DNA of 64,000 bases from positions 64,001 to 128,000 of the IMG/VR virus record IMGVR_UViG_3300022602_000036; one strand, 5' to 3'. Every line of letters starts with the position of its first letter. Position 1 is the first letter of the stretch. The stretch comes from a virus. Of the stretch, positions 10,183 through 21,376 are shown in pieces. A program made the position numbers and the translations under genes. Under the pieces are notes generated by a model. The model was not told the DNA's origin, did not search any database, and was given only the letters and a program-made list of their open reading frames with translations.

Positions 10183-10536
10183 ATGGCAAGTAATTTTTAT
10201 TTAAAAACAAGCAAAAACGCTGGTAACACATGGTCACTGGTAGGTAACTACACTGTAAGTAGCACTGTGTTATCTTCAGTAATACTAGGCATAGCAGTTG
10301 CTAATACCACAGGCTCTACTATTAGTGCCAACGTTGGTATATTCACTGGCAACTATGCCGCTGGTAGTAGTGCAAATATCTATTTGATTTATAATGCACC
10401 TATTTCAGCAGGCGGTACACTAATTCCAGTTGGTGTTGACCAAAAGGTAGTATTACAATCTAATAATGCAGTTTTTGTTCAGACTTCAGCTGCTAACTCA
10501 GCTGACGTAGTAATGAGCGTTTTGGAGCTTTCATAA
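10183..10536 (+). CDS. virion structural protein
   Basis: beta-rich; KVVLQ...SADVVMSVLE C-terminus typical of tail-fibre-cluster proteins. Confidence 0.7.
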   Translation: MASNFYLKTSKNAGNTWSLVGNYTVSSTVLSSVILGIAVANTTGSTISANVGIFTGNYAAGSSANIYLIYNAPISAGGTLIPVGVDQKVVLQSNNAVFVQTSAANSADVVMSVLELS

Positions 10537-10537
10537 C

Positions 10538-12010
10538 ATGGCATACGTAGGTATACAACCAATTACCCAAACCCTGGCTACTAGTAACCAGTTTTTTAGT
10601 GGTGATGGTACAACCGTAAACTTTACTCTACAACAAAGTGTTGGTAGAGCTTCTGACTTGATTGTACAGGTTGGCAGTACCTTACAAGTTCCATTTACCA
10701 ACTATGTAGCCGCAGGATCAAGTTTAACTTTTGTTACCGCACCAACTGCTGGTACAAACAATATTTCAGTAACATATCTAGCTGGCGCACTTAACACTAT
10801 CAACTTAACAGCCAACGTTTATCCATTGGGCACTAACGTTGCTCCAAGTATTTCAGGCATTGGTGCAAGTACCACAGGTATTTACTGGCCAACAACTACA
10901 TCTTTAGGTGTAACTGCCGCAGGTCAAAATACTATTGTATTTTCAGGCACTCCAACAGCAACCAGCACTACCTCAGGTGCACTACAGGTCAAAGGTGGCG
11001 TTGGTATTACAGGTGCAACTTATGTGGGTGGTACTATATATGCTACCAGCACAACTGGTTCAACTAACCAATCAACTGGCGCACTGGTAGTATCAGGTGG
11101 GGTTGGCGTAACTGGATCTATGTATCTAGGCGGGTCAATGACTGTAGCTGGATCATTTACAGTTGCTGGTGCGTTTAATACCACAGCTACTAACAGTTTA
11201 ACAGTTAACGATCCATTCTTATTCTTAGCTAATACCAACGTAGGTAACGCAGTTGATATTGGTATTGCTGGTACATACAATGATGGTACAGCGCAACGCT
11301 ACACAGGCCTATACAAAACAGCGGCAGACGGTCGTTGGAGATTGTTCAGTAACTTAGTTACTCCTCCAGGCACAACAGTTACTACCAGTGATGGTAGTTA
11401 TGTTTATGCTGACTTGTGGATTGGTAATGCTAACGTTACACAAACTAGTACTTCGACCAGCAGTCAAACAGGCGCACTACAGGTTATGGGTGGCGCGGGT
11501 ATTCGCGGAGCTATCTATGTCAACAGTTTAAACAATGCTATTGCTATTGGTAACGGTGGCACAGCTGGTCAAGGCAATATCGGTACAAGTGGCGCTGGCT
11601 TTAATATTATCTACGCACAGGCAACCACAGCACAATACGCTGACTTGGCAGAAAAATATTTAGCTGATGCCAAATATGCTCCAGGCACAGTGGTATCATT
11701 TGGTGGTGAACAAGAAGTCACACAATCAACAGTTAACATGGACACACGTATAGCTGGTGTAGTGTCTACACAACCAGGATACATCATGAACGAAGGTTTA
11801 GAAGGTAACTATGTAAGTACAGTTGCACTTTATGGTCGTGTTCCTTGTAAGGTTCAAGGTCATATTAACAAAGGTGATATGTTAGTTTCAGCAGGTAACG
11901 GATATGCACGTGCAGAATCTAATCCAGTTGTAGGGTCAGTAATTGGTAAGGCCTTAGAAAGTCACAATGACTTAGAAGGTGTTATTGAAGTAGTAGTGGG
12001 TAGAAACTAG
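10538..12010 (+). CDS. tail fibre protein with C-terminal intramolecular-chaperone (peptidase G2-like) domain
   Basis: GALxVxGGVG repeats; YADLAEKY...PGTVV...GRVPCKV.G...KGD.LV...IGKALE. Confidence 0.75.
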   Translation: MAYVGIQPITQTLATSNQFFSGDGTTVNFTLQQSVGRASDLIVQVGSTLQVPFTNYVAAGSSLTFVTAPTAGTNNISVTYLAGALNTINLTANVYPLGTNVAPSISGIGASTTGIYWPTTTSLGVTAAGQNTIVFSGTPTATSTTSGALQVKGGVGITGATYVGGTIYATSTTGSTNQSTGALVVSGGVGVTGSMYLGGSMTVAGSFTVAGAFNTTATNSLTVNDPFLFLANTNVGNAVDIGIAGTYNDGTAQRYTGLYKTAADGRWRLFSNLVTPPGTTVTTSDGSYVYADLWIGNANVTQTSTSTSSQTGALQVMGGAGIRGAIYVNSLNNAIAIGNGGTAGQGNIGTSGAGFNIIYAQATTAQYADLAEKYLADAKYAPGTVVSFGGEQEVTQSTVNMDTRIAGVVSTQPGYIMNEGLEGNYVSTVALYGRVPCKVQGHINKGDMLVSAGNGYARAESNPVVGSVIGKALESHNDLEGVIEVVVGRN

Positions 12011-12018
12011 GAGATAGT

Positions 12019-12423
12019 ATGTCATACATTGGACAAAGACCACAAGTAGGTAATTTCGTTAAAATTGACGATATTAGTTCACAATTTAACGGTGTTACTG
12101 TGACATTTAACGTTACAGTATCAGGTGCACCATACACACCAGGTAACCCAAACGCTACTATTGTTGGCCTTGGGGGTGCAATACAAAACCCAGGGGTTGA
12201 CTATTTCTTCAGCGGCAGTACTATATCATTTGCTATAGCACCAACTAGTGCCAACAACGGTAAATTTTTCTGTTTGGTATTAGGGGATGTATTAAGCATT
12301 GGTACACCTAGCAACAACAGTATTACAAATGCAATGTTCCAAGCAAACACAATTCAATATGGTTCATTTGCATCAACGACAAAAGCTACACTGTTAGCTA
12401 ATTCATTATTATTTGGGGCATAA
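12019..12423 (+). CDS. tail/baseplate structural protein
   Basis: MSYIG..P..DDISSQFNG.TVTF..QNPGVDY motif. Confidence 0.7.
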   Translation: MSYIGQRPQVGNFVKIDDISSQFNGVTVTFNVTVSGAPYTPGNPNATIVGLGGAIQNPGVDYFFSGSTISFAIAPTSANNGKFFCLVLGDVLSIGTPSNNSITNAMFQANTIQYGSFASTTKATLLANSLLFGA

Positions 12424-12426
12424 AAC

Positions 12427-15400
12427 ATGGCAAGACAAGCAATTAAACAATACATATTTGTACCAGGCAACTCAGGGGTTGGCTATGTGCAGATACCTGG
12501 CAACTATTCAAATGGTCAGGTCATAGCGATCTTAGATGCTACAGCACAGACATTCCTTTACAACTTTGCTGATGCAACTTTACAGGGTGTGATTACTTGG
12601 ACACAAGGTCCAAACAGTAACTTCCCAACTAGTATTGATGGTGTAACTACTATTACTTTAAACCTTAATACTACACAATATCCTAGTACTGATAAATTAG
12701 CCGTTTACGTTGAAGCTCCATATCAAGTAGATCGCCCATTTGCTCGTGATGCAGTTGAACGTTTACGTGTAGCTAACCCACAGTCACTAATTGACGCTGA
12801 CTTTGAGTACGGCTTACAAAACACTAAATGGCAAAGTCTATTTACTAACAATGATAACCCAAGTATCTATGAAGTTCCAGGTTCAGACGTTTATGCTAAC
12901 ACAATTTCATACATTAGTTTCTTAGGTAACAGCCTAACATCAGGTGCGGTGGCAGCTGGTTCAAGTAACGTACAGATTATTTCAAACGGCTTTTCACAAG
13001 CAGGTCCAGGTAACAACCAACCTAACTGGACACAAAATGACTTTGCACTATTATTAAACAGTGACCCTGTGGGCAAACCAACACTGACCACATACTTAAC
13101 AACCAACGTAGCTTCGCAGAACCAACGTGGTCTAACAGTGGTTAGCTCAACTGGATTTAATCCAGGTGATAACGTTGTATTGATTTATGCTAATGCACAA
13201 GGTGTTACAGCAACTACATCAACAACTAGTAGCTTGACAGCTGGTCAAACAGCGTTAGCAGTAGCTTCAGGTACACCTATTGTCAACGGTAGTATGATTG
13301 CTGTTAACACTGGTAACATACAATATCCAGTAGAATTGATGGTAGTTACAGCAGGTGGCGGCACAAGTTCGCTAACAGTGGTGCGTAACAGATGGAACAC
13401 TAACTCAGCCAACATTGCTATTGCTTCAGGCGCAGGTATTAGTGTGGTTGGTCAAGCAGAAATGGCCAACGTGGTCAGCGTGCCAAACTCAACAACTATT
13501 AACGTTAACCGTGGCTACCAAAATACATCACCACAAGACAGTATGTACGCTAATACTATTATTACCAAAGCCTACTGGGACGCAGGTGGAGTAAGTGGTA
13601 CCAACGTTGAAATTGTACAGATGACAACAATTGGTACAGCACAGGCTAACATTGCGCAGTTTACACGTGGTGCGATGGGCACAACTCCAATAGCACAAGC
13701 AGGTGCAGGCAGTTTAGTTTTACGTTTATCAGGTATATTCACAGCTGGTAATACTAGTGTTCCATTGGTGGCTATGAACTTAAAAGGTCATAGTTTCAAT
13801 AAATTCTCAGCTATTAGCACACAAAACCACTATACTCCTGTAACAGAAGGACAATATCAAGTCAGTGATGTGTATACTAACTATCTAGACTATGTACCTA
13901 AGAACCCACCAAATACAGCAATTGGTTATCAAGTTAACCGTTGGGACACTTATATTCGTTATGCAGGCTTCTACGGTACAGCTAGCTTGCCACAACTTTC
14001 ATTTACCACAGATGGTGCTAACCCAAGTACAATTACAGCTACTAGTGCTTATGCACATGGTCTATCACCAGGTACACCAATCTTAGCTAACATAGCCGCT
14101 TCAGGCGGTACAGTATTTGGTTTTGGTCCAGCGGTGATTCAGACTATTCCAAGTGCAACCACGTTTACATTTGTGGCCAGAGGTACTGTTACGGGACCTG
14201 TTACAGGTGCTTGTTATGTACGTCCAAACTCATTCTTCACACACCGTGCGGCAGACGGTGGGGTTAACCTAGGTACTGGTACACCACACCATGGTGCGGC
14301 AGCAGCTAGACAGACTAAGAAATATTTCCGTTACCAATCTGGTAAAGGTATTATGTGGACATCAGGTACACTGTTAGGCAGTAACTTTGACATTACCAGC
14401 ATCTCTGCTACAGGTACAGGCGTTGGTAACGTTATTAACATTACCACAGACACAGAACATCAACTACAAATTGGTGCTAATGTTTTAGTGCAACAAATCA
14501 ACACTCTAGGCTATAATGGCTACTATCTAGTACAACAGGTTACTGGATTTAATAGCTTCCAATGTAACGTAACCACACCTTTAGGTAGTACTACTCCGGT
14601 AGTGGGTAACCAACCTAAAATAGCTACAGTTACCTGGGCAGGTGCGAGTGTACGTGCTGGTTTGTTTGATGATCAAAACGGCGTGTACTGGGAAAACAAC
14701 GGAGTAACAATCAGTGTAGTCCTACGTGCAGCTACATTCTATATGACAGGCACAGTGTCAGTTGAGGTTGCTACTAACTTGTGTGCAGGTGACGGTACTT
14801 GCTTGTTTACACAACAGTTTGTTGCAGGTGATAAAATTATCCTACGCGGTATGACACACACTGTAACATCAGTTATTGACGACAACAACCTAACAATTAG
14901 TCCAGTATGGCGCGGCTTAACTAACCAAGTGCGTATTAAACCAAGTAAAGTTATTGAACAACGTTATCCACAAAAATATTGGAACCTTGATCGTCTAGAC
15001 GGCACAGGTCCAAGTGGTTACTTGTTAGATGGCACTAAGATGCAGATGTTGATGATTCAGTACACATGGTACGGTGCTGGTTTCATTGACTTTGGTGTTC
15101 GTGGCCCACGTGGTGATTATATTTTCTGCCATAGAATTATGAACAACAACTTTAACTATCAAGCATATATGCGTTCAGGTAACTTACCGGCACGTTATCA
15201 AGCGATTAATGATACACCATATCAAATCTTGTTAGGTAACAGTGCTACCTATGGTGCTAACTATAGTGGCATTACATCAAGTGATACGACATTCTATATA
15301 CAAGATGCTACACACTTCCCAACACCAACACCAACGCAACCAGTGTGGGTATTGATTGATAACGAAATATTAAAATGTACAGGTATTACCTACGGTAACA

Positions 15401-16305
15401 TTGTTTACTCACCAACTACTTACAGTAACGTACAACCAGCTACAGTAACAGGTGTGACACGTGCAGCTAGCTTTAACCTGTTCCAAGACGGTAAAAACAC
15501 TACATTCTCAGCAGGTAATGCTCAGCCACATAGTGCTAACGTTTCAGTACGTGTAATTAACAGTACATCAGCACCGAGCTTGAACCACTGGGGTAGTGCA
15601 GTTATCCTAGACGGCGGCTTTGACACTGACCGCGGTTACGCTTATACGTACTCAGTAGCTAACGTTGCGTTCCCAACAGGTAGTTCAGCAACATCTAGCA
15701 CTATTACAGCGTTTGCAATGCGTCTAGCACCAAGCGTAAGTAATCAAATTCCAGGTGACTTAGGTACACGTGATCTAGTTAATCGTGCGCAGTTGATTCT
15801 ACAAAACATGATTATTAACTTCTCTGGTAACAACGTCAGCCAAACAACTGGTGCACGTTACCTAGTTGAAGGTATTCTAAATCCAAATAATATCAGTACT
15901 ACCAGCACAACTTGGAGTTACTTATACAACCAGGCATTTAACGCACAGAACAATCCATCAAGTGCTATTCAACCAAGCTACACACAGGTGGCTTCAGGTA
16001 ATATCTTAGGCGCAGCTCAATACACTGGTTCATTGAGTTTCAATGGTTACAGTTACGCTAGTGGTGGTACAAGTTGGGCCACAGGTGGTGAACGTTTGTT
16101 TGCGATTCCAGTTAACTATACCAACTCAGGTCAGCTAGACTTGAGTCAAGTTAAACAGATTGGTAACAGTGGTATTCCAGGATTTAACATCTATCCAGAC
16201 GGTCCAGAGTTACTAGCTATTAACGTTACTGCTCTAGTACCAACAGCAGCTGGTGTTAACGTTACAGGTGAAATTCAAGTTCAGTGGAACGAATCACAAG
16301 CATAA
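12427..16305 (+). CDS. large virion structural protein (1292 aa)
   Basis: T/G/N-rich beta repeats; SLIDADFEYGLQ and RQTKKYFRYQSGKG blocks. Confidence 0.75.
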   Translation: MARQAIKQYIFVPGNSGVGYVQIPGNYSNGQVIAILDATAQTFLYNFADATLQGVITWTQGPNSNFPTSIDGVTTITLNLNTTQYPSTDKLAVYVEAPYQVDRPFARDAVERLRVANPQSLIDADFEYGLQNTKWQSLFTNNDNPSIYEVPGSDVYANTISYISFLGNSLTSGAVAAGSSNVQIISNGFSQAGPGNNQPNWTQNDFALLLNSDPVGKPTLTTYLTTNVASQNQRGLTVVSSTGFNPGDNVVLIYANAQGVTATTSTTSSLTAGQTALAVASGTPIVNGSMIAVNTGNIQYPVELMVVTAGGGTSSLTVVRNRWNTNSANIAIASGAGISVVGQAEMANVVSVPNSTTINVNRGYQNTSPQDSMYANTIITKAYWDAGGVSGTNVEIVQMTTIGTAQANIAQFTRGAMGTTPIAQAGAGSLVLRLSGIFTAGNTSVPLVAMNLKGHSFNKFSAISTQNHYTPVTEGQYQVSDVYTNYLDYVPKNPPNTAIGYQVNRWDTYIRYAGFYGTASLPQLSFTTDGANPSTITATSAYAHGLSPGTPILANIAASGGTVFGFGPAVIQTIPSATTFTFVARGTVTGPVTGACYVRPNSFFTHRAADGGVNLGTGTPHHGAAAARQTKKYFRYQSGKGIMWTSGTLLGSNFDITSISATGTGVGNVINITTDTEHQLQIGANVLVQQINTLGYNGYYLVQQVTGFNSFQCNVTTPLGSTTPVVGNQPKIATVTWAGASVRAGLFDDQNGVYWENNGVTISVVLRAATFYMTGTVSVEVATNLCAGDGTCLFTQQFVAGDKIILRGMTHTVTSVIDDNNLTISPVWRGLTNQVRIKPSKVIEQRYPQKYWNLDRLDGTGPSGYLLDGTKMQMLMIQYTWYGAGFIDFGVRGPRGDYIFCHRIMNNNFNYQAYMRSGNLPARYQAINDTPYQILLGNSATYGANYSGITSSDTTFYIQDATHFPTPTPTQPVWVLIDNEILKCTGITYGNIVYSPTTYSNVQPATVTGVTRAASFNLFQDGKNTTFSAGNAQPHSANVSVRVINSTSAPSLNHWGSAVILDGGFDTDRGYAYTYSVANVAFPTGSSATSSTITAFAMRLAPSVSNQIPGDLGTRDLVNRAQLILQNMIINFSGNNVSQTTGARYLVEGILNPNNISTTSTTWSYLYNQAFNAQNNPSSAIQPSYTQVASGNILGAAQYTGSLSFNGYSYASGGTSWATGGERLFAIPVNYTNSGQLDLSQVKQIGNSGIPGFNIYPDGPELLAINVTALVPTAAGVNVTGEIQVQWNESQA

Positions 16306-16325
16306 TTGCAGTATTGTGTTAAAAG

Positions 16326-16353
16326 AAATAGGACCTCAGGGTCCTATTTTCTT
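16326..16353 (+). terminator. rho-independent terminator
   Basis: AAATAGGACC-TCAG-GGTCCTATTT-T. Confidence 0.85.
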
Positions 16354-16382
16354 GATAAATACTAGATAATTAAGAGAGCATT

Positions 16383-18536
16383 ATGGCGTTAACCAGAATT
16401 AATCAGGCACAGGTTTTTAACGACGAGTGGAAACAACCAGTCAATGTGGCCACTACCGCTGACGTTGGTAACCTATATCTAGGTAACACACAACCTAATA
16501 CTGTTGATGGAGTATCAACATTCAACGGTATGCGTATTCTAGTAAAAAATCAAACCACAGGATCACAAAATGGTATCTGGGACGTTGTAACTCCTGGTTC
16601 TGGATCAAATGGTTGGTGGATACGCACCACAGACGCCAGCAGTAATCTGTTTATCAAGAGTGGTATGACTGTGGTATCTACACAGGGCAATACCTATGCT
16701 GGTCAAGAATTTCGTTTAACCACAGCTGATCCTATAGTACTAAACAACACAAGTTTAACATTTCAACTGGTGTCAGGTATTCCTGGCGGTGGCAACACAC
16801 AGGTACAGTTTAATGACACCGGATTCCTAAGTGGGACAACAGCATTTACCTACAATAAAGTGTCAAACGTAGTAACGGTCTCTGGTAATCTAACTGTTGG
16901 CAATGTTTATAATCAGGGTAGCGAAACTATTCTTGGTCAGCTGTCAGTTGGCAGTACCATCACTGTCACAGGCAATATATTACCCAGTGCCAACGTTACC
17001 TACAACCTAGGATCGCCAACACAGAAATTTAAGAGTGCTTACTTTAGTGGCAACACTGTGTACATTGGCAGTGAGTCGATGGGCGTTGACCCAAGCGGTA
17101 CTTGGCAGTTTAGCAGTAATGGATCCACAGTAACTTTAGGTGCCAACGCTACATTCAACCCGCCAAGTATTAACGTAACTGGTAATGTATCATCAGCTAT
17201 CGATAACACAGGATTATTAAATTCATCAGGTAACGTCTTAGCCAATACTGTTTCAGCTTATGCATTAAGTGGCTTAATTACCACAGCTGGTCAGACTAAT
17301 ATCACTTCAATTGGTAATCTAACATCATTGAGTGTAGGCGGCACTAGTACCTTTTACTCAGCCCCAATTATTACCCCAACTACTAATGCCACTACCTTAG
17401 GCACAGGTGCACTAATTGTACAAGGTGGTGCTAGCTTTGCTAAAGACGTATATATTGGCGGTAACTTATATGCGGCTAACGTAGTTAGTATAAATTATAG
17501 TTACTTAACAGTCAACGATCCGTTGATCTACCTTCAAGGTAACGTATATCCCTATAACTTTAGTATTGGATTCTATGGTCACTTTATTGGCGGGCCTGCC
17601 AACACATACGCACATACTGGATTTGTACGTTCGTGGACTAATAATGCTTGGTACTTGTTTAGTAATATCGCTGAACCTATTGCAGGCAATGTCAACGTCA
17701 GTGATGGTAATATAATATATGATCCTATTTACACAGGTTCACATACTGTGGTTGGATTTATTAATGCTAATGGTAATGTCTCAGCTAGTACAGTCAACGC
17801 TGGGCAAATTAATACCACAGGTAATGTACTAGCCACTAACGCAGTACTTAACGCATTGACAGTTAATGGTGTGATTAATGCCAGTGGTAACATCTTAGCT
17901 GGCTTTGGTGTGTTCAATGGATTAACTACCAATAACGGTTTAACTGTAAACGGCGGTTGGATTAATAATGCCGGCAATATTGTAGCCACAGGCGGTATCT
18001 TTAACTCTCTAACAGTTAATGGGTTGATCACACAAGGTATTACCACAGCCAATACCGCAACTGCAATATTTACACACGGTAATGATACTAACTTCCAATT
18101 AACAGCACAGAATGGTGTATTATCAAATGCAACCGGTTCAGAAGTAGCACGCTTTGGTATTAACTACAATACAGCAGGTTGGGATAGCTTTACACAATAT
18201 GTACGTGGGGCGTCAAGTCAAAATGGTTACCTAAGTTTCTGGGCAGCTAACGCACCAATAGCTAATGTACAGTCTACTGGCTTAACTGTAACAGGTGTTA
18301 TAAACGCATCAGGTAACATATTATCAACTGGTGCCGTACACAATACCCTAACAGTCAACGGTACAGCAAGCACCAACGTAGCTTCAGTGGCTTCTACAAT
18401 ACTTGCTGGTGCTGTTGGTGTTACTGGTAACATTATTGCCAATGCCAGTGTTATCTATGGTAACACTTCAGGTGGCTATGGTGTGCGTCAATTCTTTAAT
18501 CCTATAACAAATAGTCTAGACACGGTGTTTGGCTAA
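16383..18536 (+). CDS. tail fibre protein
   Basis: RILVKNQT..QNGIW N-terminal module, GGNTQVQFND, repeated GN-rich units. Confidence 0.8.
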   Translation: MALTRINQAQVFNDEWKQPVNVATTADVGNLYLGNTQPNTVDGVSTFNGMRILVKNQTTGSQNGIWDVVTPGSGSNGWWIRTTDASSNLFIKSGMTVVSTQGNTYAGQEFRLTTADPIVLNNTSLTFQLVSGIPGGGNTQVQFNDTGFLSGTTAFTYNKVSNVVTVSGNLTVGNVYNQGSETILGQLSVGSTITVTGNILPSANVTYNLGSPTQKFKSAYFSGNTVYIGSESMGVDPSGTWQFSSNGSTVTLGANATFNPPSINVTGNVSSAIDNTGLLNSSGNVLANTVSAYALSGLITTAGQTNITSIGNLTSLSVGGTSTFYSAPIITPTTNATTLGTGALIVQGGASFAKDVYIGGNLYAANVVSINYSYLTVNDPLIYLQGNVYPYNFSIGFYGHFIGGPANTYAHTGFVRSWTNNAWYLFSNIAEPIAGNVNVSDGNIIYDPIYTGSHTVVGFINANGNVSASTVNAGQINTTGNVLATNAVLNALTVNGVINASGNILAGFGVFNGLTTNNGLTVNGGWINNAGNIVATGGIFNSLTVNGLITQGITTANTATAIFTHGNDTNFQLTAQNGVLSNATGSEVARFGINYNTAGWDSFTQYVRGASSQNGYLSFWAANAPIANVQSTGLTVTGVINASGNILSTGAVHNTLTVNGTASTNVASVASTILAGAVGVTGNIIANASVIYGNTSGGYGVRQFFNPITNSLDTVFG

Positions 18537-19474
18537 TGGTAACACTGGTTAGTCGTATATCTAGTACTGGTGTTTATTCAACTAATGCTAACTCTACTGT
18601 GGGCATTTTTGACGAAGTTTCTAATGCTGGAGTAAGTAAAAAAGTGTTTGCTAATGGTATGATAATGACCAGTGGCATCTTAGATGAAACTAGTATTGCG
18701 GGCTCAGCTACAGCAATGAGCGAATATCCTAACGGCAACATAGCAGTATCAGGATACTTTGATGAAGTAACAGGTGGGTTGGTAACTAATGGCTTACTGG
18801 CCTACATAGATGCCAGCAAACAAGAAAGCTATGTTAGATCAGGCACTAAAATATTTGATCTAGTCAACCCTGCTAATCCAGCAACTTTAAACGGTGCAGT
18901 TACCTGGGTAGCCAATGGTGCTAATAATAGTAGTAGCTACTGGTGGTGGCCAAGTCAAGCATCAACAAATTACATATCCAGTACAATTACACAAAACTAT
19001 TTAGATTTTACTATTGTTTTCCAACCAGATTTCACACTTAATTCAAATTCTGCACTTGTGGGACTAATTGCTGCAAGCAACGATACTACCACCTATGATG
19101 AAAGTTTGAGATTAAGCGGTGCTAACGGCACAGGACCTTGGACCTTAATTAATCCCGACAATCAAAATGGATGGGCCAATGTTGCTACTACTTTTTATAT
19201 CAATGGAGTGACTAGTACTACCAACGGAGCGGCTATAAATGCAGGTTGGAATGTCTTAGGTGGATATCGTACTAATCAGACCAGCACATTAGCTAATGGT
19301 ACCTTTGGGCCGTTTAGTTATTTCTTAGGCACAGAAGGATACAGCACAGTACGTGACTTTCGCGGCAACATAGCCGCAGTGGCCTTATACAACCGCCAAC
19401 TATCAGCTGGTGAACAGATTAACAATTACAATTATTTTGCAGGTCGTTTTGGCCTACCATACATTGGCAGATAA
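18536..19474 (+). CDS. LamG/concanavalin-A-like lectin tail protein
   Basis: LVTNGLLAYIDA ... FRGNIAAVALYNRQLS..E...NY...RFG. Confidence 0.75.
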   Translation: MVTLVSRISSTGVYSTNANSTVGIFDEVSNAGVSKKVFANGMIMTSGILDETSIAGSATAMSEYPNGNIAVSGYFDEVTGGLVTNGLLAYIDASKQESYVRSGTKIFDLVNPANPATLNGAVTWVANGANNSSSYWWWPSQASTNYISSTITQNYLDFTIVFQPDFTLNSNSALVGLIAASNDTTTYDESLRLSGANGTGPWTLINPDNQNGWANVATTFYINGVTSTTNGAAINAGWNVLGGYRTNQTSTLANGTFGPFSYFLGTEGYSTVRDFRGNIAAVALYNRQLSAGEQINNYNYFAGRFGLPYIGR

Positions 19475-19484
19475 ATACTAAACT

Positions 19485-20942
19485 ATGGCTAAACTACAAT
19501 CAGGTACAGTAGTCTACGGTAACTTAACTGTAAACACATTTGCAAATATTAACGGTAACCTTATCTTAGGTGCGCAGATATATGCCGCAGGTTCACCTGG
19601 CGTTAACGGACAGGTCCTACAAAATGTAGGCGGTACTGGAGTAGCATGGGCTAACCCTAGTTCAGGCTCTAGTATCTTTAACGGTACTAGTAACGTAACA
19701 GTATTATCATCAGGCAGTAACGTAGTTGTTTCAGTAGCAGGTGCTATTATTGCCAACATTGGCTCAAGTGGTATGACCATTATAGGTGGCTTATCAGCAG
19801 GTTCTATCACAGGTAACGGTGCAGCCTTAACTGGATTGCCTGCAGGTTATAGTAACGTTAATGCCGCAACATATTTGCCAATTTACTCAGGTACGGTGGG
19901 TGCTAGTTTTGTTAACTCAACAGGTAACGTTCTAGCGCAAGCTGGTGTATTTAACGCTCTTGGTATTAACGGTGCTATCACTGGTACTGGCTATATTAAT
20001 ACCACAGCTAATATTTCAACAGCACAACTTAATGCTGGTCAGATTAACACAACTGGCAATATTTTATCAACTGGTGCTGTGCATAACGCACTCACAGTTA
20101 ACGGTGCAACTACTGTAACAGGTAATATTTCAGCTCCTACTATGAATGTTACACATACCACTATAGGTAGTACATACGGAAACCAATCAATTATTGGGGT
20201 ATGGAGTGGAAGTGATGGCAGTAATAACGAATTTTTAGAATTAACTAATACACGTACTGCAGCAGGGTCAACCTGGACTACAGCAGGTTACCGACTACAA
20301 CAAAAAATTGATGCTACATGGATGGGTTATGTACAGTTTAACGGTGCGTCAACTAACGGTGGCATTGCGTTTGGTACTGGTACTAATACTACTAACGCAG
20401 TATCAGTTACAGATAGTGTAAGGATTGACACCAACGGTGTAACCATTGTTGGTCTCAAAAATCAAACAGTAGCAATATCAAACGGTGGCACTAGCGGCGT
20501 AGGTAATATTGGTGCTGCAGGTGCTGTATTTAATACCATATTCGGTAAAGCAACCACAGCACAATACGCTGACTTGGCTGAGATCTATACCAGTGACTTT
20601 GACTATGAACCCGGTACAGTGGTCATCTTTGGCGGCACAGCAGAAGTCACAGTATCAACTCTAAGTCACGACACACGCATAGCTGGAGTGGTAAGTACAA
20701 ACCCAGCATACTTGATGAACAGCACAGAAACTGGCGTAGAAGTAGCACTAATGGGGCGAGTACCTTGCTCTGTACTAGGTCCTGTGGCCAAAGGTGATCG
20801 TCTAGTTGCTAGCCAAACAGCAGGTGTTGCTCAACGACTTAACACCAATTTATACCAACCAGGTTGCATCATTGGCAAGGCCTTAGAAGCCATTGATTCT
20901 GCAACAATTTCAACCATAGAAGTAGTAGTAGGACGCTTATAA
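19485..20942 (+). CDS. tail fibre protein with C-terminal intramolecular-chaperone (peptidase G2-like) domain
   Basis: paralogous YADLAE...IGKALE...IEVVVGR C-terminus. Confidence 0.75.
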   Translation: MAKLQSGTVVYGNLTVNTFANINGNLILGAQIYAAGSPGVNGQVLQNVGGTGVAWANPSSGSSIFNGTSNVTVLSSGSNVVVSVAGAIIANIGSSGMTIIGGLSAGSITGNGAALTGLPAGYSNVNAATYLPIYSGTVGASFVNSTGNVLAQAGVFNALGINGAITGTGYINTTANISTAQLNAGQINTTGNILSTGAVHNALTVNGATTVTGNISAPTMNVTHTTIGSTYGNQSIIGVWSGSDGSNNEFLELTNTRTAAGSTWTTAGYRLQQKIDATWMGYVQFNGASTNGGIAFGTGTNTTNAVSVTDSVRIDTNGVTIVGLKNQTVAISNGGTSGVGNIGAAGAVFNTIFGKATTAQYADLAEIYTSDFDYEPGTVVIFGGTAEVTVSTLSHDTRIAGVVSTNPAYLMNSTETGVEVALMGRVPCSVLGPVAKGDRLVASQTAGVAQRLNTNLYQPGCIIGKALEAIDSATISTIEVVVGRL

Positions 20943-20947
20943 ATCAC

Positions 20948-20976
20948 TTGACTTTTTAACCAAAAGACTGTATAAT
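20948..20976 (+). promoter_or_regulatory. sigma70-type promoter
   Basis: TTGACT-N17-TATAAT. Confidence 0.85.
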
Positions 20977-21007
20977 ACAGTTATAAATTAGTTAAAAAGG
21001 TCCAAGT

Positions 21008-21376
21008 TTGAATCAAGTTACTGTTAGAACCCGCTTGTATCAGCCTAGTTTTCACCGTGCAGACTCTTACTGCGAGCACGAAATAACTGGCGAATTACTC
21101 AACACTGTCAAGTGGTTAAAGCCTGACGAATTAGCTATAACGAACCCCCAACACCCAAACGGATTCAGTATCATACAAAAGAAAAATATTCTATGGATGC
21201 GAGATCTAGCTGGTAAAAAATCCACAGTAACAGTAGATCCAGACTATCAGCAGTGGACTGTCAAAGGGTCAAAAGGCAATGAATATCTTGTAATTCGTCA
21301 AAAAGGCCAGTATAATTGTACATGTCCAGGCTTTACATATCGCCATAATTGTCGTCACATCACGGAGGTCCAATGA
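21008..21376 (+). CDS. SWIM zinc-finger protein
   Basis: V.GSKG..Y.V......CTCPGF.YR..CRH; TTG start. Confidence 0.8.
   Translation: MNQVTVRTRLYQPSFHRADSYCEHEITGELLNTVKWLKPDELAITNPQHPNGFSIIQKKNILWMRDLAGKKSTVTVDPDYQQWTVKGSKGNEYLVIRQKGQYNCTCPGFTYRHNCRHITEVQ

Noticed and set aside
11621-20942. Diversity-generating retroelement TR/VR pair
   Set aside because: Both copies are inside coding paralogues, differences are not adenine-specific, and no reverse transcriptase is present.
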